From: Bordetella parapertussis
GTDB lineage: Bacteria; Pseudomonadota; Gammaproteobacteria; Burkholderiales; SG8-39
DNA length: 41,081 nt
Assembly: GCA_945885335.1 (NCBI GenBank)
Contig: CAMCYY010000002.1
Coordinates: 1-41,081 of the forward strand
Reading direction: 5' to 3'
Shown: one piece after another, positions 8,556 through 17,643 of the stretch
How the letters are laid out: the number at the start of each line of letters is the position of its first letter
Position numbering within the stretch: position 1 is the stretch's first letter
Made by a program: the position numbers and the translations under genes
The notes under the pieces: model-generated
The model's database searches: none
Told to the model about the DNA's origin: nothing
The model's input: the letters and a program-made list of their open reading frames with translations, nothing else

Positions 8556-8881
8556 GCCGCAACCTTCACCTTCGCCCCTACCGCCCGCTGTAGCTCCTGA
8601 CGAGTACCCCCGCTCGCAAAGAACGCCCGCACGATCAGATCCAGGGACACTGACGGATCGCCCGTCTCCAGCTTGGCTACCCGCGACTGGCTGGACCCCA
8701 TGCGCTGAGCGAGATCGATCTGCGACAGGCCGCGCTTCTGGCGCGACTGCCTGACGGCATCGACCAGCGACAGTTTCAGATCCACCAGCAGGGTCTCTTC
8801 ATCACTCAGGCCGAGAAACTCATCGGCGCTGCCGGTTTTCCAGCCAGCGGCTTGCAGTCTTTTCAGTTTTGCGGTGCTCAT
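8552..8881 (-). CDS. XRE-family HTH antitoxin (partner of the gp49/HigB-like toxin)
   Basis: GLSQIDLAQRMGSSQSRVAKLETGDPSVSLDLIVRAF is an HTH_3 motif. The ATG at 8881 is preceded by GGAG, 17 nt after the toxin stop. Confidence 0.85.
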   Translation of the reverse strand: MSTAKLKRLQAAGWKTGSADEFLGLSDEETLLVDLKLSLVDAVRQSRQKRGLSQIDLAQRMGSSQSRVAKLETGDPSVSLDLIVRAFFASGGTRQELQRAVGAKVKVAA

Positions 8882-8900
8882 CAGCGTGCTCCGGTGATAT

Positions 8901-9263
8901 TCATATCGATGCATACAGCTTCAGCCGAGCCTTGCAGGTCCTGATCACGACCGTCGGCGTCTGCGACGTTGTCTTGGAAAAAACTTCGAGAATCACAATC
9001 GCATCGGCATCAAGGTGATACACGATGCGCCATATCCGGTTCTCGTCCCGCACTCTCAATTCATGACAGGCTTTGCCGATGGAGGGCATGGGGCGGGAGT
9101 GTGGCAGCGGGATGGTTTCGCCCCGCTGCAGGCGCCGCAACAGCACGCCGGCCTCGATCCTGGCCGCAGCCGAAAAAGGCGGCGTCCGGACTTCGCCATG
9201 CAGCCAAGCCAGAGGTTTGTCATTCACGGATACAAGGATATGTCGGATTTGACATATACACAA
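8901..9263 (-). CDS. Gp49-like (DUF891) RelE/HigB-superfamily toxin
   Basis: KPLAWLHGEVRTPPFS...MPSIGKACHELRVRDENRIWRIVYHLDADAIVILEVFSKTTSQTP matches the phage Gp49-like toxin consensus. Start uncertain (TTG 9263 or GTG 9227). Confidence 0.82.
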   Translation of the reverse strand: MCICQIRHILVSVNDKPLAWLHGEVRTPPFSAAARIEAGVLLRRLQRGETIPLPHSRPMPSIGKACHELRVRDENRIWRIVYHLDADAIVILEVFSKTTSQTPTVVIRTCKARLKLYASI

Positions 9264-9369
9264 GGCGGGCTATTGGAGAAGAAATTGAGATATGGATCAT
9301 GGTTTCGGAGCAGATGCAGGCATCCGCGCTTCGGTTCTAACGGTTTTCCGGCTTTCTGCACATCGCTTG

Positions 9370-10520
<1,151 letters not shown>

Positions 10521-10654
10521 CACGGTTGCTCCCCCGCTACGCTGCGCTTCTCTTATGCCGGATCGCCGCTGAGCCGGCCCACCGGCCCCATCCTGCACAT
10601 CGGGCGAGCGGTGAAGGTGATGTAGCCGATTGCGCCAAAAGGAGATGCGAGCCG

Positions 10655-11377
10655 CTAGTACCGCGTCGTCAACAACACCAGCCAGTCCGGCATCACATCC
10701 AGCAATGCCCCTTCAAGCTGCTTGTCGAGACCGCTGAGGACAAACAGGCCGATCGCGACGAGCATCACGCCCATGACCGGCATGGCAATGCGACTCATGC
10801 GCGCCAGCCGCTGGCGCCGCGCGGCGATGGCCTGCCGCGAGCCGTAGGCGAGTGCCAGCATGGGCAGCGTGGCGCCGATGCCAAAAAACAGCATGATGGC
10901 CGCAGCCCGCGGCAGGCCGCCCTGCGCCGCGAGCGCGACGGCGGAAGCCAGGGTGGGCCCCGAGCAGGGACTCCAGATCGCGCCCAGCAACGCGCCGGTG
11001 GCAAACTGCCCGCCCAGTCCACCCCCGCCGCTCGGCGACACGCGATCAATTAAGGCGTGCAGCGGCTCCATCCAGCGGCTGCCAGCTGCGGCGAGGCGGT
11101 TTTTCAGGGGGCTGCACAAAATGATGACGCCCATGAGCAGCATCAGCACCGCCCCGGCCCGGCGCACCGAATCGGCATCGATATTGAGGCTGGCGCCGGC
11201 GCCATAGACCAGCAATCCGAACACGGTAAAGCCGGCCACCATGCCGCCGACCAGCGCCAGCGGTCCCAGGCGATGCTGCTGCAATGCCCCGAACAGCACG
11301 ATGGGCAGCACCGGCAGCACGCAAGGGTTCACCACGGTCAGGGCGCCGGCAAGCAGACTGAGAAGAAGGGCGCTCAA
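10655..11377 (-). CDS. ccdA: CcdA/DsbD-family transmembrane thiol-disulfide electron transporter
   Basis: Polytopic membrane protein with two conserved Cys motifs (VVNPCVLPVLP and IWSPCSGPTL). TTG start. Confidence 0.88.
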   Translation of the reverse strand: MSALLLSLLAGALTVVNPCVLPVLPIVLFGALQQHRLGPLALVGGMVAGFTVFGLLVYGAGASLNIDADSVRRAGAVLMLLMGVIILCSPLKNRLAAAGSRWMEPLHALIDRVSPSGGGGLGGQFATGALLGAIWSPCSGPTLASAVALAAQGGLPRAAAIMLFFGIGATLPMLALAYGSRQAIAARRQRLARMSRIAMPVMGVMLVAIGLFVLSGLDKQLEGALLDVMPDWLVLLTTRY

Positions 11378-11406
11378 GGTTCAACGCTCACGAAATGGAT
11401 AACTCA

Positions 11407-11441
11407 CAAAAAAACAGGCGCACGGAAATCCGTGCGCCTGT
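11407..11441 (-). terminator. Rho-independent terminator between the Trx-like ORF and ccdA
   Basis: Minus strand: ACAGGCGCACGG-ATTT-CCGTGCGCCTGT (12-bp perfect stem) followed by TTTTTTT. Confidence 0.8.
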
Positions 11442-11466
11442 CCGAGACGATAGCGATGGCGCCGGA

Positions 11467-11874
11467 TCACAGCCCCTTGTCGAGCAGGGCCTGGATCTCC
11501 TTGCCGTCGGTCACCCCGTAGACGCGGCCGACCTCCTTGTTGCCGCGGAACATGATGAGCGTGCTGCGATCATTCGCGCCAAAGCGCTTCATGACATCCT
11601 TCTGCGTATCGTAATCGACGCGGAACTGCGTGATTGCACCGTACTTGGCCTGCTTAGCAAGAGAGTCGACGACCGCCGACTGCGCGCGGCAGGTGGTTCA
11701 CCATCGGGCATAGACGTCGATCAGGACGGGTTTGCCCGCAGCCTGCGCCGTCTGAAATGCCTTTTCATCCCAGGGCTGCGGCGCGGCAAACACAAGCGCC
11801 GCCGGCAAGGCAAGCGCGGCGGCTGCGAAGAAGGTGGCAAACCGGGATACAAAACTACGGCGTGGCATGTTCAT
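11467..11874 (-). CDS. Periplasmic thioredoxin-like protein with in-frame TGA at the first Cys of CxxC (candidate selenoprotein; alternatively a pseudogene)
   Basis: ATG at 11874 with RBS AGGAAG. Twin-arginine-like signal MNMPRRSFVSRF...ALVFA. ...KPVLIDVYARW-TGA(11700..11698)-TTCRAQ... then a Trx-fold C-terminus (STLIMFRGNKEVGRVYG). The frame is otherwise open to the TGA stop at 11467. Absent from the ORF track because both halves are short. Confidence 0.6.
11664..11681 (-). promoter_or_regulatory. SECIS-like hairpin downstream of the in-frame UGA
   Basis: mRNA 5'-A GUCGGC GGUC GUCGAC U-3': 6-7 bp stem (one G.U pair) with a GGUC tetraloop, starting 16 nt after the UGA. The loop sequence is the same as the apical loop of the E. 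coli fdhF SECIS. Confidence 0.45.
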
Positions 11875-12098
11875 GTGATCTTCCTTTCAGGAGGGGGTGG
11901 TTCAGTCTATGACAGGCCCGTGGCCGAAACAATCACCCGATCATGAAAGAAAAAAATAAACCAGGCAGGGAATAAACCGGCCCGGCATCACACGCCGGGC
12001 CGAGCAGGGCGGCGCTTCGCCCTGGAAGAGTTGTCGCGCGAAAATGCTACATTGGCCCCCTGAATAACGCATTCACCCCGCAAGGATCCACCCACCGC

Positions 12099-12452
12099 AT
12101 GAACACCACCTCCGACCTGAAACAACGCATCCTGGACCTGCTGCAGGCCAATGAAGAAGTGTCTTTCGCGCAGCTCGCGGGCATTCCCGGCTTTGCCGGC
12201 GACCGGGACCTGGTCGCTCCGGAGTTGGCCAACCTCGTGCTCTGGCGCGGCCTGTCGCCCGAGGCGATGGATGTGCTGGAGGAACTGGAAGACGACGAGG
12301 TCATCCGCTTTGCAAGAACGGATGCGAAACGTTACGCCGAGGACGGCTTCACGCCGACGCTGCCGGTGGCACTGAGGGTCTCAAAGTACCGGACGCCGTC
12401 CTGGCTGCCGGTGCTGGTGAGTTTGTGGAATTTGCCAGAAACAAAGAACTGA
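12099..12452 (+). CDS. Hypothetical acidic protein (117 aa), no recognisable domain
   Basis: Intact ORF with coding-like composition, divergent from the Trx-like gene. No motif recognised. Confidence 0.5.
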   Translation: MNTTSDLKQRILDLLQANEEVSFAQLAGIPGFAGDRDLVAPELANLVLWRGLSPEAMDVLEELEDDEVIRFARTDAKRYAEDGFTPTLPVALRVSKYRTPSWLPVLVSLWNLPETKN

Positions 12453-12488
12453 TAAGCCCCTCATCCACGAGCCCACCCGAATCAATCT

Positions 12489-12506
12489 GTAGCACTATTG
12501 TGCTAC
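12489..12506. promoter_or_regulatory. Perfect inverted repeat GTAGCAC-TATT-GTGCTAC overlapping a TACAAT -10-like hexamer; likely RHH antitoxin operator
   Basis: Located 37 nt upstream of the parD-like ATG. TACAAT is at 12504..12509. Confidence 0.55.
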
Positions 12507-12542
12507 AATCGACCCAGCTTCTACACATCTTCGGGGTCGATC

Positions 12543-12827
12543 ATGTCCACAACCACCATCCGGTTGCCGCAGGAAATCAAGGATCGGGTCGCGCGGGCAG
12601 CAGAGCGCGCCGGCACTACGGCTCACGGCTTTATCCTCGCCGCCATCACTGAAAAGACGGCGCAGGAGGAGCACCGGGCGGAGTTCCAAGACCAGGCCGA
12701 GCAGCGATACACGGAAATTGTCGCTTCGGGAAAGACCGTTCCGTGGAAGGACATGCGTCGCTATCTTGAGAGCCGCGTCGCTGGCCGGAAACCGGCCCGC
12801 CCCAAGCCCCACAACTCCGCGCGCTGA
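12543..12827 (+). CDS. parD: Ribbon-helix-helix (CopG/ParD-like) antitoxin
   Basis: TIRLPQEIKDRVARAAERAGTTAHGFILAAI is a canonical RHH N-terminus. It sits immediately upstream of a ParE-family toxin. Confidence 0.8.
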   Translation: MSTTTIRLPQEIKDRVARAAERAGTTAHGFILAAITEKTAQEEHRAEFQDQAEQRYTEIVASGKTVPWKDMRRYLESRVAGRKPARPKPHNSAR

Positions 12828-12829
12828 GC

Positions 12830-13132
12830 ATGTCCCGCATTGAGCTCGCGCCCGGGATCGGCGGGGATTTCGAGCGCATCCTCGACCATCTGCTGCAGCA
12901 CGAGGTTGAGAACGCCGCCCCCCGCATCGGCGACATCATCAAGGCCATTGACGTTCTGGAGCACAACCCGCTGATCGGCCGACCTGTCCGGGGAGATCTT
13001 AGGGAACTGGTAATCGGGCGGCGGACGCGCGGCTACGTCGCGCTTTACCGATATGTGGCGGAACTGGACACAGTGTTCGTACTGGCCATCCGCGGACAAA
13101 AAGAAGCAGGCTATTCCGAAGGGCAGTCATGA
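12830..13132 (+). CDS. parE: ParE/RelE-superfamily toxin
   Basis: AAPRIGDIIKAIDVLEHNPLIGRP...RELVIGRRTRGYVALYRYVAELDTVFVLAIRGQKE matches the ParE consensus. Confidence 0.82.
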   Translation: MSRIELAPGIGGDFERILDHLLQHEVENAAPRIGDIIKAIDVLEHNPLIGRPVRGDLRELVIGRRTRGYVALYRYVAELDTVFVLAIRGQKEAGYSEGQS

Positions 13133-13923
13133 AACTCTATTCCTGGAACGTCAACGGCATTCGCGCCGTACTAAAAAAAGGCACCTTTCAATCCTTCATG
13201 GCCGAGCACAAGCCCGACGTGCTCTGCCTGCAGGAGACCAAGGCCGAGCGCGAGCAGGTGGAGATCGACCTGCCGGGCTATCACGAGTACTGGAACTCGG
13301 CGATCAAGAAGGGCTACTCGGGCACGGCGATTTTCTCGCGGCAGGAACCGATCAAGGTCACCAATGGCTACCCGGTGAGTTTTTCGAAGAAGTACACTTT
13401 TGCCGATGAGCTGGAGCGCGACAGCGCGGGCGAAGGCCGCGTGATCACCGCGGAGTTCGAGAAGTTTTACGTGGTGACGGTGTACACGCCGAACGCCAAG
13501 GAAGACCTCTCCCGCCTGCCGCTCAGGCACAAGCACTGGGACCCGGCGTTCCTCGCATACTGCAAGTTGCTGGAGAAAAAGAAGCCGGTGATTTTCTGCG
13601 GCGATCTGAACGTGGCGCACACCGAGCTCGACCTGGCGAACCCCAGGCCCAACCGCGGCAAGAAGGGCTTCACCGACGAGGAGCGCGAGGGCTTCCAGAA
13701 TTTTGTCGATGCCGGCTTCATCGACACCCTGCGAATGTTCAAGCAGGGCAACGGCCATTACAGCTGGTGGAGCCACTTCGCGAAATCGCGCGACCGCAAC
13801 ATCGGATGGAGAATCGATTACTTCCTCGTCTCCGAAGCGTTGCGCAAATCCGTGAAGGAAGCCGCCATCCACGCCGACGTGATGGGCAGCGACCATTGCC
13901 CGGTGAGCATCACGATCGCCTGA
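13129..13923 (+). CDS. xthA: Exodeoxyribonuclease III (AP endonuclease, ExoIII/APE1 family)
   Basis: MKLYSWNVNGIRA...PDVLCLQETK...YWWSHF...RIDYFLVS...GSDHCPV catalytic motifs. Confidence 0.93.
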   Translation: MKLYSWNVNGIRAVLKKGTFQSFMAEHKPDVLCLQETKAEREQVEIDLPGYHEYWNSAIKKGYSGTAIFSRQEPIKVTNGYPVSFSKKYTFADELERDSAGEGRVITAEFEKFYVVTVYTPNAKEDLSRLPLRHKHWDPAFLAYCKLLEKKKPVIFCGDLNVAHTELDLANPRPNRGKKGFTDEEREGFQNFVDAGFIDTLRMFKQGNGHYSWWSHFAKSRDRNIGWRIDYFLVSEALRKSVKEAAIHADVMGSDHCPVSITIA

Positions 13924-14103
13924 ATCGACTCTCATCGCACGGCGCGCCAGCCGGCCTCGAACAGGGACTCCTGATGCCCGGGCCGAATAGGGAGTAGCCT
14001 ACGGTTTGTCGCGTCAGGGGCGAAGATCTCCGGTGCGGCAGGCAGGCAACAAGCGGGCGTTCCGGAAGTCGCCGGTAGCCCATCCAAAAAAAAGGAGAGG
14101 ATC

Positions 14104-15108
14104 ATGCGGCAAGCGAAACACTGGGCCCAAAAACGCTGGACCCGGGCAACCCTGTCTTGTGCGGCACTCGCCGCCTTCATGACTGCAGGCACGACCCTGG
14201 CGCAGGCGCCCTATCCGTCAAGGCCCGTCACCATGGTGATGCCGCTCGCCCCCGGCGGCCCGGTCGAGACCGAGATGCAGCTCTACCTGCCGCGATTGCG
14301 CGAGCAGTTCCACCAGACCTTCATCCTCGACTACAAGGCGGGCGCCGCGGGCACGATCGCCGGCGCCTATGCCGCGAAGGCACCGGCGGACGGCTATACA
14401 TTGCTGATCATCAACAGCGCATTCACGGCATTCCCGGCGATGTACAAGAACCTTGCCTTCGAGTTCCCGAAGGACTTCGCGCCGATCACGCTGATGACCA
14501 AGCGGCCGCTGCTGCTGCTCGGGCCGGTGAGCCTGCCGTACAACAACTTTACGGAATACCTTGCCTACGCCAGGGCCAATCCCGGGAAGATCAACATCGG
14601 CACCACCGGCGCGGGCAGCGGCGGGCACCTTGCGGGCGTGTGGCTGCACCAGGCCACGAAGACCAGCGCCACCTTCGTTCACTACAAGGGCACCGGACCG
14701 CTGCTTCCCGACCTGATGACCGGGCGCATCGATGTGTCAGGCGTGGCGCTGCCGCCGGGACTGCCGCTGTTGAGGTCGGGCAAGCTGAAGGCCATCGCCA
14801 TGATGACCGACCGGCGCAGCCCCTTGCTGCCCGACCTGGCGACGATTTCCGAATCGGGCGTGCCGGGATTCGATTATTCCTCCTACACCGGCTTCCTCGC
14901 GCCAGCCGCCACACCGGCACCCATCCTGAACCGTCTGCATGAGGGCTTCACGAAGGTGCTTGCGGTGCCGGAGCTCAAGGCACGGCTGGAGGCCGACGGC
15001 AACCTCATCATCGGCAACACTCAGGCGCAGTTCCGGCAGATGCTGGTGAACGAGACGGCGAACTGGAGCAAGCTGGTTCAGGAAAACGGCATCAAGTCCG
15101 AAGAGTAA
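14104..15108 (+). CDS. Bug-family (TctC-like) tripartite tricarboxylate transporter periplasmic receptor
   Basis: Signal peptide then AYPSRPVTMVMPLAPGGPVE, YKAGAAGTIAG, GTTGAGSGGHL, which are typical Bug/TctC motifs. Confidence 0.88.
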   Translation: MRQAKHWAQKRWTRATLSCAALAAFMTAGTTLAQAPYPSRPVTMVMPLAPGGPVETEMQLYLPRLREQFHQTFILDYKAGAAGTIAGAYAAKAPADGYTLLIINSAFTAFPAMYKNLAFEFPKDFAPITLMTKRPLLLLGPVSLPYNNFTEYLAYARANPGKINIGTTGAGSGGHLAGVWLHQATKTSATFVHYKGTGPLLPDLMTGRIDVSGVALPPGLPLLRSGKLKAIAMMTDRRSPLLPDLATISESGVPGFDYSSYTGFLAPAATPAPILNRLHEGFTKVLAVPELKARLEADGNLIIGNTQAQFRQMLVNETANWSKLVQENGIKSEE

Positions 15109-15138
15109 GCGCAGGCCCAGGGCACACCGGGGAGCGCG

Positions 15139-15161
15139 GACCGCGATCGGATATCGCGGTC
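15139..15161. terminator. Hairpin between convergent genes (bug / mscS)
   Basis: GACCGCGAT-CGGAT-ATCGCGGTC, 9-bp perfect stem. Weak U-tract. Confidence 0.45.
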
Positions 15162-15175
15162 TGTTCCCGGCCTGC

Positions 15176-15997
15176 CTAGCCACTCACCAGCCGCATCTCC
15201 GGAACCGGCGCCGGATACACCACACCTCCAGCCCGGAAACGCTCGACGATGGCGCGGTTGATCTCGGCGCCCGCCGGGCCGTAGTCCTCCACCTTCACCC
15301 AGGGCCTGATGGCGATGCTGATGGCAGCATCGGCCAGCTTGTTCACGCCGATCACCGGCGCGGGCTCCGCCAACGCGCGCGGATTGGCCTTGACCACTTC
15401 CTCGGCCACGGCCAGCGCCTGCTCCAGATCGTCGGCGCGGCTGATCCCCACGGTGAGGTCGAGCTGCCTGATGTGGCCGTAGTTGTGCAGGATTTCACCG
15501 ACGATCTTGCGGTTGGGCACGATGACAAGCGAGGTGTCGGCATGGCTCAGCGTGGTGGTGAACAGATCAACGGTCTCGACCCGGCCCTCGACCCCCACCA
15601 TGGAAACATACTCGCCCACCCGGAACGGCCGGGTGAAGATGATGGTGAGCCCCGCTGCGAGGTTGCCCAGCACGCCCTGCATGGCCAGCGCAATCCCCGC
15701 GCCCGCCACACCCACGCCGGCAATCAGCGGCAGGAGGTCAATGCCCAGGTTCTGCAGCGCCATGACGAAGAACAAGGCCAGCACGAACAGGCGTAACACG
15801 CGCACCAGCAGCAGCCGCACCGGCGGCTCGAGATTGAATTTTCCGAGTTGCTGATCGAACACCTTGCCCACCCAGCGCCCGGCATAGACGCCTGCAATCA
15901 GGATGAGAATCGCGACAACCGCCTTCGGCCCGAACTTGATCGCGAGATCGATGAATGTGCTTTGCGCCTGCTCCAGCAACGCGAACTGTTTGTCCAT
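15176..15997 (-). CDS. mscS: Small-conductance mechanosensitive channel (MscS family)
   Basis: Three N-terminal TM helices; pore helix GVGVAGAGIALAMQGVLGNLAAGLTIIFTRPFRVGEYV and the beta-domain are typical of MscS. Confidence 0.9.
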   Translation of the reverse strand: MDKQFALLEQAQSTFIDLAIKFGPKAVVAILILIAGVYAGRWVGKVFDQQLGKFNLEPPVRLLLVRVLRLFVLALFFVMALQNLGIDLLPLIAGVGVAGAGIALAMQGVLGNLAAGLTIIFTRPFRVGEYVSMVGVEGRVETVDLFTTTLSHADTSLVIVPNRKIVGEILHNYGHIRQLDLTVGISRADDLEQALAVAEEVVKANPRALAEPAPVIGVNKLADAAISIAIRPWVKVEDYGPAGAEINRAIVERFRAGGVVYPAPVPEMRLVSG

Positions 15998-16078
15998 GCG
16001 CCCTCCCCAGGATTTTTGGTCGATGTTTGGTTATGGTGTACATCATGCCGCAAAACCACTTGCTGCAAAAACGTGCAT

Positions 16079-16113
16079 CAAAAAAACGGGGGCCGAAGCC
16101 CCCTGCTTTTTTT
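16079..16113. terminator. Bidirectional rho-independent terminator downstream of the capA-like gene
   Basis: AAAAAAA-CGGGGGC-CGAA-GCCCCCTG-CTTTTTTT. Confidence 0.8.
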
Positions 16114-16130
16114 GCATCCGATATTGGCGC

Positions 16131-17522
16131 CTAAAACCGGATCACGCCGACATCGCCTTCGCGGATGATCTCGGTGCCATAGGGTTTGGAAAGCCGCTGC
16201 AGGGTTTCAATCATCTGGCGCGCGAGGTCCGGCGCGGCGAGCAGCGGACGGCCGCGCGAGGTGCGGCGCTTGCCGTGGCCCAAGTCGATGGGATAGAGCT
16301 CGATCGACGACAGTTTGCCGCCCTTGAACTGGCACACCGGCACCACGCTGCGCCAGAAGTCGGGGTTCGCCGGAAAGCCCTTGGTGCCCTTGCCGGTACG
16401 CGCGTCGTTGTAGTCGGCGGGCGTGGCGCTGTTGTCGAGGCCATAGTGGCGATAGGAATCGGCCGGCCAGCGCGGCACGGTTTCGTTCTGGAACAGGAAT
16501 TCACCCAGCGAGTAGAAAATCGGCCGACCCTTGTAGATCTCGATGCCGCGCACCTCATGCGCGCCATGGCTGAAGAACACATCCACGCCGGCATCGATGC
16601 AGGCATGGGCAAATTCGACCATGAAGTCGGCCGGCACTTCACGCACGCCCGCCGGGCCCACCGAGCGCTTGTCGCCGGGCACGGGGTACGGACCTTCGTG
16701 TCCGTGCAGGCTGTACACCACCCAGTCAGCTTGGCGCCGCGCATCGCGCACCCATCGCAGGATGTCTTCCATGTCCGGCTTGAAAGCTTGAGTCTTCGAG
16801 CCGAATGCGTCGCCCTGCACAAACTTGACGCTGGGAAACTCCTCTCCGTTGATCAGCTTCGTAGAGGGCTGGAAATACATTTCGTTGGCAGCGGCCGTGC
16901 CGCGATGGCCGCCGCGCTTCTGCGCCTCGGCCACGCGCTCGAAGCCAAGGCCGGCATTGAGGCGCTGAAATTCAGTAAAGGCGCGCTCATCGATGGTGTG
17001 CACGGTCTCATAGCGCAGGAAGCTCACACCGGGGCGGCCGTGGAAATCGTGGCGTTGCTCGCCGGCACGCGCCCACTCCGGAAACGATGAGGCCGAGGCC
17101 AGCAGTGCAACGCGGCCGCGTGCCGTGTCCATGTAGCCGGCGGCGCGCGCCTCGGAAAGATTGCGCCCGGTGCCGGCATGCACGACGCCGGCCTCGTCCA
17201 GCTTCGCCTGTGACTCGAGCATGCCGGCGGGGCCGAAGTCGAACACATGGTTGCTGGCCGTGGCCACCATGTCAAAGCCCATCCACTTCAGTTCGCGTGC
17301 GGTGTCCGGGTGCGAGGCGCCGTACGAACCTTCGGCGAGCAGGTGCGGAATGTCCAGGCTGTGGATCGGCATCTCGAGGTTGCAGATCGAAGCGTCCGCA
17401 CCGCGCAGCACTTCAGCGAGGCCGAGGAAACGCGCTTCGCGATAGATCGAGAGGGGATGGGACACCATGGCGTCGCCCGCGGTGGCGATACGGATATTGC
17501 CCTCTTCAGACTCGTACAGCAT
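16131..17522 (-). CDS. CapA-family (PGA_cap) metallophosphatase-like protein
   Basis: IRIATAGDAM..., NLE.P, ATASNH, HGHEG...SHGAH motifs of the CapA/calcineurin-like fold. ATG at 17522 preceded by AAGGAGAG; longer N-terminal extension rejected. Confidence 0.8.
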   Translation of the reverse strand: MLYESEEGNIRIATAGDAMVSHPLSIYREARFLGLAEVLRGADASICNLEMPIHSLDIPHLLAEGSYGASHPDTARELKWMGFDMVATASNHVFDFGPAGMLESQAKLDEAGVVHAGTGRNLSEARAAGYMDTARGRVALLASASSFPEWARAGEQRHDFHGRPGVSFLRYETVHTIDERAFTEFQRLNAGLGFERVAEAQKRGGHRGTAAANEMYFQPSTKLINGEEFPSVKFVQGDAFGSKTQAFKPDMEDILRWVRDARRQADWVVYSLHGHEGPYPVPGDKRSVGPAGVREVPADFMVEFAHACIDAGVDVFFSHGAHEVRGIEIYKGRPIFYSLGEFLFQNETVPRWPADSYRHYGLDNSATPADYNDARTGKGTKGFPANPDFWRSVVPVCQFKGGKLSSIELYPIDLGHGKRRTSRGRPLLAAPDLARQMIETLQRLSKPYGTEIIREGDVGVIRF

Positions 17523-17643
17523 TGCGCTCTCCTTTTGGAAACTCTGGCCCGGCGGCCCTGCAGAAACTGCGGGCGGGCGGGCGGGCTGGATGCCCGCGAT
17601 TCGTACTAACCGGCCGCCACGTTGGCGCAGGCGCCGGTGCAAG

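Noticed and set aside
11395-11946. 183-aa plus-strand ORF, the only ORF the track offers in this interval
   Set aside because: No motifs. It lies opposite the minus-strand frame, which has an RBS, a signal peptide, a Trx fold and a terminator. The minus-strand gene (with its in-frame TGA) explains the region better.
11978-12002. GC hairpin CGGCCCGGC-N7-GCCGGGCCG in the divergent spacer upstream of the Trx-like gene
   Set aside because: It could be a REP-like element or an insulating terminator. It is a single copy in this window with no clear gene to terminate, so the function is not supportable.
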